Below, one piece after another: positions 46,067-55,181 of a DNA stretch of 64,000 bases. Source of the DNA: an uncultured Acidobacteriota bacterium (lineage in GTDB: Bacteria; Acidobacteriota; Terriglobia; 20CM-2-55-15). Within the stretch, counting starts at the first letter, position 1, and each line of letters starts with the position of its first letter. The position numbers and the translations under genes were made by a program. The notes beneath the pieces were generated by a model. The model worked only from the letters and a program-made list of their open reading frames with translations, was not told the DNA's origin and did no database searches. Location: NCBI GenBank assembly GCA_963738025.1, contig CAVTWA010000004.1:470042-534041 (forward strand), read 5' to 3'.

Positions 46067-47026
46067 ATGGAATTCATCAGCCTATTTGGCACACCGAAGA
46101 AGAAAGAGCCTACGGTCTTCGAGAAGATCAAAGAAGCCGTCAAACAAACCAAAGAAAACTTCACCGAGCAGATACAGGACCTGGTCGAGGGTCAAAAAGA
46201 AATCGACGCCACCATGCTGGAGCAGCTCGAAGCCATCATGATTGGAGCCGATATCGGTGTGGCGACGACGAATGACATATTGAAGGTGATCAAGGATCGT
46301 ATGTCTCGCAAGATGCTTAGTGATCCGAAGGAACTTCGTAACGCCATCAAAGAAGAATTGCGCAAGATCCTCAACGTGAATTACACCCCGCCCAAACAGG
46401 TTGCCGAGGGCGATCCGTTTGTCATCGTGATGGTCGGTGTGAACGGCGTGGGTAAGACAACGACAATCGGAAAGCTCGCCAACCGCTTCGGAAACGACGG
46501 CAAGAAAGTCATGCTTTGCGCCGCCGATACATTCCGGGCTGCAGCCGTCGAACAACTCGAGATCTGGGCAACTCGCGCCGCAGTGCCTATCGTGAAACAA
46601 AAGGCCGGAGCCGATCCGTCTGCAGTCCTGTACGACGCTCTTCAGTCGGCGAAGGCCAAAAAGATTGATTACGTCATCGTCGATACGGCGGGCCGCCTGC
46701 ACACGAAACATAACCTGATGGCGGAACTCGAAAAAATGACTCGCATCGCAAAACGCGAGGTGCCAGGCGCACCACATGAGGTTCTGCTTGTGCTCGATGC
46801 AACAACTGGCCAGAACGGCCTGACGCAGGCAAAAGAGTTTACGAAGAGCGCAGGAGTAACCGGTCTTGTTCTGACAAAGCTCGACGGCACCGCAAAGGGA
46901 GGCGTCGTGACAGCCATTACCAAAGAGCTGAAGATACCGATCCGTTTCGTCGGCGTCGGCGAAAAGATGGACGACTTGATCGAATTCTCCGCTGACGACT
47001 TTATCGAGTCGCTGTTTGCAGCCTGA
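46067..47026 (+). CDS. ftsY: Signal recognition particle receptor FtsY
   Basis: GVNGVGKTTTIGKLA, DTFRAAA, DTAGRL and TKLDGTAKGG motifs. Confidence 0.97.
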   Translation: MEFISLFGTPKKKEPTVFEKIKEAVKQTKENFTEQIQDLVEGQKEIDATMLEQLEAIMIGADIGVATTNDILKVIKDRMSRKMLSDPKELRNAIKEELRKILNVNYTPPKQVAEGDPFVIVMVGVNGVGKTTTIGKLANRFGNDGKKVMLCAADTFRAAAVEQLEIWATRAAVPIVKQKAGADPSAVLYDALQSAKAKKIDYVIVDTAGRLHTKHNLMAELEKMTRIAKREVPGAPHEVLLVLDATTGQNGLTQAKEFTKSAGVTGLVLTKLDGTAKGGVVTAITKELKIPIRFVGVGEKMDDLIEFSADDFIESLFAA

Positions 47027-47137
47027 AGAAGAAACCACAAGAGGCACAAGAGGCTTAGCGCGGCTATACCGCAACCAAACAGCGGAAGTAACCTGAGAGT
47101 CGGACGTAGCCGAACTTCGTCATATGATGTGAGGAGC

Positions 47138-47168
47138 GAAGTCCCCGCCTAACTTAGGCGGGGACTTC
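47138..47168. repeat. Isolated family-3 hairpin
   Basis: gaagtccccgcctaacttaggcggggacttc. Confidence 0.85.
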
Positions 47169-47244
47169 CCATTTCGACGTCCGCCGAAATCAACTCGGAC
47201 CATCAGAAAGGGATTTCGTTGCTTTCTTCCGACTTGTTACACAG

Positions 47245-48234
47245 ATGAATGACGAAACTTACATCCGCCGCGCCATCGAGTTAGCCCAAAAAGGCATTGG
47301 CCTCACCAGCCCCGGCGCAATGGTCGGGGCAGTCATCGTCAAAGATGACCGGGTCCTCGGCGAAGCGTTCTACACCTATGACGGTGTGCGGCACGCGGAA
47401 ATCATCGCGCTCGAGCAGGCCGGGGCAGGGGCGCGCGGGGCCACGGCATACACGAGCCTGGAACCCTGCTCCCACCAGGGCCGAACTCCGCCGTGCGCCA
47501 GGGCTCTCATCGATGCGGGAATTTCCCGTGTGGTTTGCGCAATCGAGGATCCCAACCCCGAAATAAACGGCCGGGGCATCGGGATGCTGCAGGGCGCCGG
47601 CATCGAGGTTCATTCCGGCATTCTCGCTGACGAAGCCCGCCAACTCAATGAAGCCTTCATCGTCTACAAGACAGAGCACCGCCCTTTCGGCATCTTGAAA
47701 ATCGCGATGACTCTCGATGCGAAAATCGCAACCCGCAGCGGCGAGTCACGCTGGATTACGTCCGAAGAATCGCGTGCACGCGTCCAGACACTGCGGCATC
47801 AATGCGACGCCCTGATCACTGGAAGCGGCACCATTCTCGCCGACAAACCGCAACTAACCGACCGCACGGGGCTTCCCCGGCGACGCTCCTTATTACGCGT
47901 CATTCTGGACAGACGCGGCCGAATCTCCAGCTATGCCGATGCCTTCATCTTTCGCGATTCACTCGAGGCGCTTGCCGCCGAACTTTACCGCCGCGAGATA
48001 CAGACTTTTCTGCTGGAATGCGGGCCAGATCTGGCTTTCAGCGCTCTGAAGAGCGGAATCATTGATAAGATAATGGTCTTTGTCGCCCCCAGGATTCTCG
48101 GCGGACGTGAGATTCCGGCAATAGGCGGCGACGGCATCGAAGCATTGTCCGGCGCAATTCGACTGCGGGACTGGACCGTTGATCGTGCCGGGACGGATCT
48201 CGTTATAACGGCGTATGTTCACAGGCATCATTGA
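47245..48234 (+). CDS. ribD: Bifunctional pyrimidine deaminase/reductase RibD
   Basis: HAE, LEPCSHQGRTPPC, AMTLDAKIA and SRWIT motifs. Confidence 0.95.
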   Translation: MNDETYIRRAIELAQKGIGLTSPGAMVGAVIVKDDRVLGEAFYTYDGVRHAEIIALEQAGAGARGATAYTSLEPCSHQGRTPPCARALIDAGISRVVCAIEDPNPEINGRGIGMLQGAGIEVHSGILADEARQLNEAFIVYKTEHRPFGILKIAMTLDAKIATRSGESRWITSEESRARVQTLRHQCDALITGSGTILADKPQLTDRTGLPRRRSLLRVILDRRGRISSYADAFIFRDSLEALAAELYRREIQTFLLECGPDLAFSALKSGIIDKIMVFVAPRILGGREIPAIGGDGIEALSGAIRLRDWTVDRAGTDLVITAYVHRHH

Positions 48235-48826
48235 AGAAGTCGGTTCGATTGCGGGAATCAGCGACAGGCGCGATTTCAGGACGATTCAGGTCGGCGGAAT
48301 CTCCATCTTCGACGATCTGAAGATCGGCTCGAGTATCGCGGTCAATGGCGTGTGTCTGACGGCGCGGTCGGTCGCCGACAAAACTTTTGCCGCCGATCTG
48401 TCACGCGAAACGCTGGATCGCACCAGTCTGGGCCGGTTGCACCAGGGCTCGATTGCAAATCTCGAACGTCCGATGCGCGCCGATGCGCGTTTCGGCGGCC
48501 ATATTGTTCAGGGCCATGTCGACTGCGTCGGGCGCATCGTCGACTTCAAACGCGAAGGGGATGCCTGGGACCTGCAAGTCGAGTATCCCGAATCAGCCGC
48601 ACGCTATATCGTCGAAAAGGGCTCAATTGCAGTGGACGGCATCAGCCTGACGGTCGCGTCTCTACGCGGCGGCCGCGTTTTTTCCGTCGCTATAATTCCG
48701 CATACATTCGAGAATACCAACCTCAAGGCAGCTGAAGCGGGCGACCCGGTGAACCTCGAATTCGATATTCTGGCAAAGTATGTCGAGAATCTTTTAAGCA
48801 GGACCCATGCAGTTCGCAACGATTGA
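48215..48826 (+). CDS. ribE: Riboflavin synthase
   Basis: [23 protein letters not shown] and [12 protein letters not shown] motifs. Confidence 0.96.
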   Translation: MFTGIIEEVGSIAGISDRRDFRTIQVGGISIFDDLKIGSSIAVNGVCLTARSVADKTFAADLSRETLDRTSLGRLHQGSIANLERPMRADARFGGHIVQGHVDCVGRIVDFKREGDAWDLQVEYPESAARYIVEKGSIAVDGISLTVASLRGGRVFSVAIIPHTFENTNLKAAEAGDPVNLEFDILAKYVENLLSRTHAVRND

Positions 48827-49952
48827 AGAAGCCATTACCGAGATCCAGGACGGCCGCATGATCATCATCGTGGATGATGAAGACCGCGAAAATGAAGGAG
48901 ATCTCATGATTGCGGCTGAGAAGGTCACGCCCGACGCCATCAACTTCATGGCGACATACGGACGCGGTCTCATCTGCCTGCCCATGACCGGACAGCGGCT
49001 CGACGAATTGCATATCCCGCTGATGGTTTCCGACTACAGCAACACGTCGTCGTACGGTACGGCTTTCTGCGTCACCATTGAGGCGCGGCGGAATGTTTCC
49101 ACCGGAATATCCGCCTTCGATCGCGCGCAGACTGTTCTTACCGCGATCGATCCCAAAACGCGGCCCAGCGATCTTGCCCGGCCCGGTCACATCTTCCCGT
49201 TACGGGCGCGCGACGGCGGCGTTTTGATTCGGGCAGGTCAAACTGAGGCGGCAGTCGATCTGGCCGCTGCAGCAGGTCTGATACCTGCCGGAGTCATCTG
49301 CGAAATCATGAAAGAGGACGGCACGATGGCCCGCGTTCCCGATCTGATCGAGTTCGCCGCACACCATCAAATCAAGATTATTACCGTCGCCGATCTGATT
49401 CGTTACCGCCTTCGCACCGAACGCTTTATCCGGAAGGTTGGCGAGACGAGTCTACCGACGCGCCACGGTGATTTCCGGATGTTCGTCTTCGAAAGCATTT
49501 TCGACCAGCAGTCGCATATCGCTCTGGTGCGCGGCAATATCGAAAATGGCGAGGACGTCCTGGTGCGTGTGCAGACGCACTGCCTGACGGGTCATGTCTT
49601 CGGCTCACCGGCCTGCAGTTGTCATGAACAAATGGATCGCGCGCTGCAAACCATCGCGCAGACCGGACGGGGTGTGCTCCTGTATTTGCACGAGATGGGC
49701 CGCTCGCGCGAGGGCGGCGGCGGCCTGCTTGAATTTCATGGCAAACACGGGGCCGATTCGAATGAAACAATCGGCCTGCGCGGCGAACAGCGTGAGTACG
49801 GGATTGGCGCGCAGGTACTCGCATCCCTGAATATCCGCACGATGCATATTCTCACGAACCACCCGCGAAAACTCGTGGCTTTGGAGGCCTACGGCTTGAA
49901 GATTACGGCTCAGGTGCCCCTGGGTTCGGTAAATTCGGGGACGGTTGCCTAA
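48807..49952 (+). CDS. ribBA: DHBP synthase fused to a degenerate GTP cyclohydrolase II domain
   Basis: RibB motifs [10 protein letters not shown] and RPGHIFPL are intact. The RibA-like half keeps three Cys but lacks QEGRGIG and AY.LQ. Confidence 0.88.
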   Translation: MQFATIEEAITEIQDGRMIIIVDDEDRENEGDLMIAAEKVTPDAINFMATYGRGLICLPMTGQRLDELHIPLMVSDYSNTSSYGTAFCVTIEARRNVSTGISAFDRAQTVLTAIDPKTRPSDLARPGHIFPLRARDGGVLIRAGQTEAAVDLAAAAGLIPAGVICEIMKEDGTMARVPDLIEFAAHHQIKIITVADLIRYRLRTERFIRKVGETSLPTRHGDFRMFVFESIFDQQSHIALVRGNIENGEDVLVRVQTHCLTGHVFGSPACSCHEQMDRALQTIAQTGRGVLLYLHEMGRSREGGGGLLEFHGKHGADSNETIGLRGEQREYGIGAQVLASLNIRTMHILTNHPRKLVALEAYGLKITAQVPLGSVNSGTVA

Positions 49953-50005
49953 ATTACCCAAAGTCGAACTGCAATTTGGGTAATTTAGGCAACCGTCCCC
50001 GAATT
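49932..50005. repeat. Family-4 palindromic repeat
   Basis: aattcggggacggttgcctaaattacccaaa...tttgggtaatttaggcaaccgtccccgaatt; encodes the last codons and the stop of ribBA. Confidence 0.9.
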
Positions 50006-50010
50006 AGGCC

Positions 50011-50496
50011 TTACTTCATCGCGTTCGCGCCAGCTTGCGCGCACTGCCCATCCTGCTCACTCGTGCCGCCCGAAGCCCCTACGGCGCCGACAATCTTTCC
50101 GCCTTCCATCAACGGAATGCCGCCTTCAACGGGGACAGCGCCCGGAAGACCGAGCATGCGAAGACCAACGCCGCCCTGGGCTACCGTGTCCTGGAACGAT
50201 TTCGTCGGCCGTTTGAAAAGAGCCGCTGACCGCGCTTTCTCAATGGATACATTGACGCTGCCGGTTTGTGTGCCATCCATCTTTTCGAAATAGATGAGGT
50301 TGCCGGCTGTATCGACAACAGAGATCGCCATCGTGAAGTTGTTCTTCCGGGCTTCGGCAACGGCGGCCGTCGCAACTTTTTTTGCCCCTTCCAGGCCAAT
50401 CGGCATGCCATAGGCGGGTGCCGGCGCGGTCTGCGCGCGAGCGGTCGATGCCGTAACCATGAGTGCCAGAGCGATAACCATCGCGATTGATTTCAT
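50011..50496 (-). CDS. GlcG/HbpS-family heme-binding protein with signal peptide
   Basis: ISVVDTAGN, KARSAA, GGIPL and GAVGASG..SEQD motifs. Confidence 0.9.
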   Translation of the reverse strand: MKSIAMVIALALMVTASTARAQTAPAPAYGMPIGLEGAKKVATAAVAEARKNNFTMAISVVDTAGNLIYFEKMDGTQTGSVNVSIEKARSAALFKRPTKSFQDTVAQGGVGLRMLGLPGAVPVEGGIPLMEGGKIVGAVGASGGTSEQDGQCAQAGANAMK

Positions 50497-50557
50497 ACAT
50501 TACTCCATCCTGAATTTCGCGAAGTATGGCAGACGGCACATCGCCGCACAAGGTGGA

Positions 50558-50929
50558 TCAGAATTCGTCGCGGTGCGGCGTTTGTCTGAGGCCGCTGGTG
50601 ACCGCCTTCAGGAACAAATTCACCACGCTGAGAACGATGGCGCCAAAGAACGCTGGAATAAACCCTTCGATACTGAATCCTGGTACGAAGGCGGAGGCCA
50701 GCTTCAACATCAAAGCGTTTATTAGAAACCAGAAAATGCCCAGGGAGATCAGCGTCAGCGGAAACGTGACGACTTTTAGAAATAAACCGACGGTGGCGTT
50801 CACCAACCCGATCACAATCGCAGCAATCAGAGCCGCCCCGAAGCCGCTGACGTCAAAGCCTCGGATCAGGTGAGCGACAATCATCAGGCTGACGGCGCTC
50901 AACAGCCAGTTCAGCAACGCGTTCATCAT
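50558..50929 (-). CDS. YvlD-like membrane protein (4-TMS 'phage holin' family)
   Basis: AALIAAIVIGLVNA and TFPLTLISLGIFWFLINALML motifs. Confidence 0.85.
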   Translation of the reverse strand: MMNALLNWLLSAVSLMIVAHLIRGFDVSGFGAALIAAIVIGLVNATVGLFLKVVTFPLTLISLGIFWFLINALMLKLASAFVPGFSIEGFIPAFFGAIVLSVVNLFLKAVTSGLRQTPHRDEF

Positions 50930-50990
50930 ACCCATTCCCCCAAGTTGTTCGGATAAGCCTGCCTCATAACCCCGCTACAGTAGGAATAGA

Positions 50991-51220
50991 AAGCGCACCG
51001 ATCAATAATGAGCGCTTCGCGGAAGTCCATAAGGTACGCGCTGCGCGCGGCCTTTGAACAGACCGCCGGCCCGCCTGACTCAGGCGGGGACTGGTCCACA
51101 GCGTTACAAAAACCAGGGTGACATCGCATCCGTTACTTTCAAACCTTTACAAGGCGCGCTACTTTGCGGCTCCCCGTCCATTCTGGCCTGGACAGCTCTG
51201 GTCATAGACCGCGCCTACAA
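50991..51220 (+). mobile_element. Partial composite element (half cruciform, hairpin, linker, REP)
   Basis: gcgcttcgcggaagtccataagg...ctttgaacagaccgcc, cccgcctgactcaggcgggg, linker, ggtcatagaccgcgcctacaa. Confidence 0.75.
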
Positions 51221-51261
51221 GCCCGTCTTGGCATCGACTCTACTCAACCCTTTACAGGACG

Positions 51262-52035
51262 TCACGGCTTGAGGATCAATCCCTGGCAGGTCGGTAACGA
51301 AAGCACCTGGACGCCCTTGGATCTGGCAAAAGCATCATGGGCCAGTTTCTGTTCCAGGCATCCGGGATAGCCGTAGTCATCCAGGATGACCAGACCGCCG
51401 CTGACGAGTTTCGGCCAGAAGAATTCGAGGGCGGCCACTTCGGGAACGACGCAATTCATGTCGATCGAAAGGAAGCAGACTTTTTCGGCGGCAACCAATG
51501 ACAGCGTATCCGGCACGGCTCCTTTGATGATTTTCACGTTGAAGGTAGAGAAGGTTTTCTGAACCTGCTCATACAGGCCGGCTTTTTTATCGTATCCAAG
51601 TTTTCGGTTCCGGTCCATTTCGTACGGCGAGCTATACCGTTCGTCCATCCCTGAAAATGTATCGAGAAGGTAGTAGGTCTTCGAGAGCCTGTCGAAATCG
51701 ATGTAGTGAATCACCGCCCTCGGACAAAAACCGGTATGCACACCGCAATCGACGTAATCACCTTCAAGATGCTTCGCCTGTGAGGCGGCCCAGCACAAAA
51801 CGTGGATGCGCCACTGAATGTCATAATCCTTCAACAAATCGCCGCCGATTTCCTTGCACAGCCGGTACGACTCTGCAAACTTCGGTTCCTTCATGAAATC
51901 GGCATTGTGCTCCGTATAAAGGAGGTCATTGGCGTAGGCGATTCTGGCTTTGGGCAGCAGGTAATAGTCGTCGAGATTGAGATTTCGAAGCTCGATCAGC
52001 TTTCTCAAGTTCAACCTTTCAAGAAAGCGATACAT
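51262..52035 (-). CDS. TylF/MycF-like O-methyltransferase
   Basis: EGDYVDCGV, LDTFSG, FLSIDMN and GGLVILDDYG motifs. Confidence 0.85.
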   Translation of the reverse strand: MYRFLERLNLRKLIELRNLNLDDYYLLPKARIAYANDLLYTEHNADFMKEPKFAESYRLCKEIGGDLLKDYDIQWRIHVLCWAASQAKHLEGDYVDCGVHTGFCPRAVIHYIDFDRLSKTYYLLDTFSGMDERYSSPYEMDRNRKLGYDKKAGLYEQVQKTFSTFNVKIIKGAVPDTLSLVAAEKVCFLSIDMNCVVPEVAALEFFWPKLVSGGLVILDDYGYPGCLEQKLAHDAFARSKGVQVLSLPTCQGLILKP

Positions 52036-52038
52036 CTC

Positions 52039-52551
52039 TTACAGGTAGCGAGTCGTGACGATGTTCACGTGGTGCAAATGGTGGCCGGCGATGATGTAAG
52101 CGAGTGCACGCACCGTGATTTCCTTCTGGTTGGCTGTACCACGCCTCAGCCACTCCTCGTCAGAAAAATGTTTGAACAGATGTATGCCGGAGTCCCGGAC
52201 CGCCACCCATTCCTCGAGCAGCGTGGAGAGAGGCCGGGCATTGAAGTTCGTACTGGCGACGTAATCATCCTGTTCGAAGCCGGGTAACGGCGTTTTATCG
52301 TTACGGCCGAGGCGGAGCGCGCGATAAGCAAAAACACGTTCGGAATCGATTACGTGACCCAAAACCTGTTTAATGGTCCATTTCCCTTCGGCATAGGCTT
52401 TCGTGGCCTTCTCTTCCGTCAAACCGCCGAGTACCGAAAGCGTATTTTCGATCGTTGAATTCAGCGTTGAAACAATGTCGGCCTCCGGCACGAGGCCCAC
52501 ATATTTTTCGTAATAGGGCGCGTACTCGCCTGGATCAGGTCTCGACTTCAT
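52039..52551 (-). CDS. DinB-family protein
   Basis: YAEGKWTIKQVLGH, LPGFEQD and IAGHHLHH motifs. Confidence 0.9.
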   Translation of the reverse strand: MKSRPDPGEYAPYYEKYVGLVPEADIVSTLNSTIENTLSVLGGLTEEKATKAYAEGKWTIKQVLGHVIDSERVFAYRALRLGRNDKTPLPGFEQDDYVASTNFNARPLSTLLEEWVAVRDSGIHLFKHFSDEEWLRRGTANQKEITVRALAYIIAGHHLHHVNIVTTRYL

Positions 52552-53210
52552 TTGCTTGCTCTCCTGTCATATCGTAAAACATATTCGGGGACGGGCTGAT
52601 GAAACCTGGAGCGGCTATCCGGCACCGGCGTACCGGGTACGACGTGCAATGGCAACTCTCCCGCCCAGACGGGTATTGCGTAATCCGGTTCGTCGTCTTT
52701 GGGCCCGCCCGTTCGGACCTTCGCAGAAACCTCTTCGAGCGGCAGCGACAAGACGGTTGTGGCCTTCAATTCCTGGTCGTTCGGTTCGCGCACCTGCGGC
52801 CAGCGGCCCGGAATGACGTGTTCGGTAAAGGCCCGAAGCGCTGCAAGTTTCTCGTCTGGATTGGTTAAAGCGGTTGCAACTCCGATGATCACAACAGAGC
52901 GGTAGTTAATCGAATGATGAAATGCCGAACGGGCCAGCACAAGGCCGTCGACCAATGTCACGGTAACGCAGACTGAGATGCCTTCCGATAAAGAACGCAA
53001 CATACGGCTGGCGGCAGAGCCGTGGATAAACAGTTTGTCGGCTACCCGGACATAGCTGGTCGGCACAACGAAAGGCTGTCCTTCTGCAGCGAATCCAACG
53101 TGACAGATAAAACCTTCGTCGAGGATTGAATTCACCACGGTACGATCGAATGAACCGCGTTCGGGCAGGCGCTTGAGTGTGGTTTTGGCAGTCGGTTGAA
53201 AAGTACTCAT
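52548..53210 (-). CDS. Pyridoxamine 5'-phosphate oxidase-like flavin-binding protein (NimA-like)
   Basis: HGSAASRM, DGLVLARSAFHHSINYRSV and SAKVRTG motifs. Confidence 0.9.
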   Translation of the reverse strand: MSTFQPTAKTTLKRLPERGSFDRTVVNSILDEGFICHVGFAAEGQPFVVPTSYVRVADKLFIHGSAASRMLRSLSEGISVCVTVTLVDGLVLARSAFHHSINYRSVVIIGVATALTNPDEKLAALRAFTEHVIPGRWPQVREPNDQELKATTVLSLPLEEVSAKVRTGGPKDDEPDYAIPVWAGELPLHVVPGTPVPDSRSRFHQPVPEYVLRYDRRASK

Positions 53211-53258
53211 GGTCGGTAAGGTAACATCCGGAACGGGGGAAGGAACACAAGAAGCAGA

Positions 53259-53315
53259 ATAAGCCACGGATTTAACGGATGGAAATCCGTTGAATCCGTT
53301 CAATCCGTGGCTTAT
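53259..53315. repeat. Family-1 palindromic repeat
   Basis: ataagccacggatttaacggatggaaatccgttgaatccgttcaatccgtggcttat. Confidence 0.9.
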
Positions 53316-53325
53316 TCACTTCTCC

Positions 53326-54075
53326 TCAGTGGCTCATCGCGTAGATGACGTAGTCGATGCCTAACTCCACCGAACGTTTCGCGGGGCGAAAGGGCATTGT
53401 GCCCATGTCCACCCATTTCCAGAATTCGCCGATATCGTTGTTGTAATTGGCGATCAACTGAATATTGCCGCGTTCGTCGGCCATCCCCCAGAACTGCGGG
53501 ATGAATCCGGGTGTCTCGCGGCCGGGTTCACGTCCGTAGGGCGGATCCATTTGAAGGGTATCGATATCGTAAAAGGTGTGGAATATCGGATTTCGAATAT
53601 CGAGGCGCACAAGCTCGCGTTCCGGAAGGGCGCGCTTCAAATACATTCGCAGGACTTCGAGCTCTTCCGGACCGTGAAGATAGTTCGCTGTGCGAAAGTC
53701 GTCGGCAAGAATAAAGCCGCCGCGGCGGATATACTCGCCGAGATTCTTTACTTCCTGATCATTGAGGACCATAAACCCTGGCTCTGAGAAGTAGATGAAC
53801 GGGTAATTGAAAATATCCGGACTGGAGAGCTCTACGATTTTATAGGCGGTTGGAGTAGCGTGTACTTCCGTCAATTCCTGCAGCATTCCGAGAAGGAACT
53901 CGTCGGAATAGGGATAATCGTGATGCCACGGTACCTCGTCCCAGAAATCACGGTACGCCAGGCGGTTCGGGACCTCCAGACGAGCAAAAACGAATTCGGC
54001 ATCTTTCGGCGGATCGGAAATTGCGGGCACGGACAGCACGATCAAAACGGCGATGATCGCGAGAAGCTTGCTCAT
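53326..54075 (-). CDS. DUF4159-family secreted protein
   Basis: EFVFARL, WHHDYPYSD, YIRRGGFILADDF, NNDIGEFWKW and C-terminal YAMSH. Confidence 0.88.
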   Translation of the reverse strand: MSKLLAIIAVLIVLSVPAISDPPKDAEFVFARLEVPNRLAYRDFWDEVPWHHDYPYSDEFLLGMLQELTEVHATPTAYKIVELSSPDIFNYPFIYFSEPGFMVLNDQEVKNLGEYIRRGGFILADDFRTANYLHGPEELEVLRMYLKRALPERELVRLDIRNPIFHTFYDIDTLQMDPPYGREPGRETPGFIPQFWGMADERGNIQLIANYNNDIGEFWKWVDMGTMPFRPAKRSVELGIDYVIYAMSH

Positions 54076-54080
54076 GGGAG

Positions 54081-54851
54081 TCAATGGGTCATCGCGTACA
54101 TCAGATCGTTGATTCCAAACTCGAGTGACTGAGCTGCATCATGCAACGACCGGCGGCCTTCATTCAGCCACTCCCAGTACTCGCTGATGTCGTTGTTGTC
54201 GTTGATGATCATTTGCAGGTTACCGTGGGGATCGCGGAGGCCCATGAACTGAACGGGACGCTGGCCGGGAAAGATATATGGAGCGGTCATGTCCAGCGAG
54301 CTGATCTTATAGAAGGTGTTAAACACCTGGTCCGACAGATCGAGACGAACGAAACTACGGTCGGGATAGACCTTCCTCATCTCCGCCTGAAAATGAGCAA
54401 TATCGTCCTCCGGGCCCATGCCGGTCTGCGCCGAGTACGCAGCCGTTCGCATATCGTCCACGAGAAGAAACCCGCCCCGATCCAGATACTCCCGCAGATT
54501 GACGACGTCCTTCGCATTCAACTGCAGATATCCGGGTTCACACAGATAGGCAAACGGATACTTGAAGATCTCCGGGCTGTCGATGTCCACGACCTGATAG
54601 GCCATGCCCGACGTTTTGATGTTTGTGACTTCGGCTACCACACTCGGAAACTGTATGTCACTGTAGTCATAGTCGTGATGCCACGGCACTTCACGCACAA
54701 AAATCGCGTCAGGGGTCATATGGTAGCGGATGCGCGCGTACACAAACTCGGAATCGCGAGGTGGGGCATCGGAGGACAGCTTCGACGGAAACAGGCCGAA
54801 TGCCAGCAACAAGCCCCCGAGTCCGAGAATCGCGACCTTTTTCATTTGCAT
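54081..54851 (-). CDS. DUF4159-family secreted protein
   Basis: EFVYARIRY, WHHDYDYSD, LREYLDRGGFLLVDD, NNDISEYWEW and C-terminal YAMTH. Confidence 0.88.
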   Translation of the reverse strand: MQMKKVAILGLGGLLLAFGLFPSKLSSDAPPRDSEFVYARIRYHMTPDAIFVREVPWHHDYDYSDIQFPSVVAEVTNIKTSGMAYQVVDIDSPEIFKYPFAYLCEPGYLQLNAKDVVNLREYLDRGGFLLVDDMRTAAYSAQTGMGPEDDIAHFQAEMRKVYPDRSFVRLDLSDQVFNTFYKISSLDMTAPYIFPGQRPVQFMGLRDPHGNLQMIINDNNDISEYWEWLNEGRRSLHDAAQSLEFGINDLMYAMTH

Positions 54852-55181
54852 TAATTAGAAACCACAAAAGTCCGTTTTGCTTCAAAAATCGTGCACTCGT
54901 CCGCAGGCGTCAGCTGCAGGCGGCGGATGAACCGGCACACGGTCCCCAAATTGCTCTCCAAACAGCGACATTGATTCTCCTTGTAGATTCTCCGTTAGGA
55001 GGGGCGCCGGCTTGCCACCGGCGCCTGATTTCTTCTGTAAGATTTCCGCCTGATCATTAATACTGCATAAGGATTTGCATTGCCCGGAAGCCGAATTCCG
55101 CCTTTTCTTACTGCGGCTACCTAAGGTATGGTAGGCGTACCGGATCTTAATGTTAGGAAAGAGGAAGAGCCTATCCATTCA

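Noticed and set aside
46082-47074. Long antisense ORFs (also 4826-5956, 56826-57941, 59198-60346)
   Set aside because: Shadow frames of well-supported genes in GC-rich DNA, with no recognisable motifs.
47027-47244. FMN riboswitch upstream of the rib genes
   Set aside because: The conserved RFN segments (e.g. GGGTGAAATTCCCGACCG) are not visible.
50558-50929. 'Phage holin' as prophage evidence
   Set aside because: This YvlD-like family is commonly chromosomal, and no phage genes are nearby.
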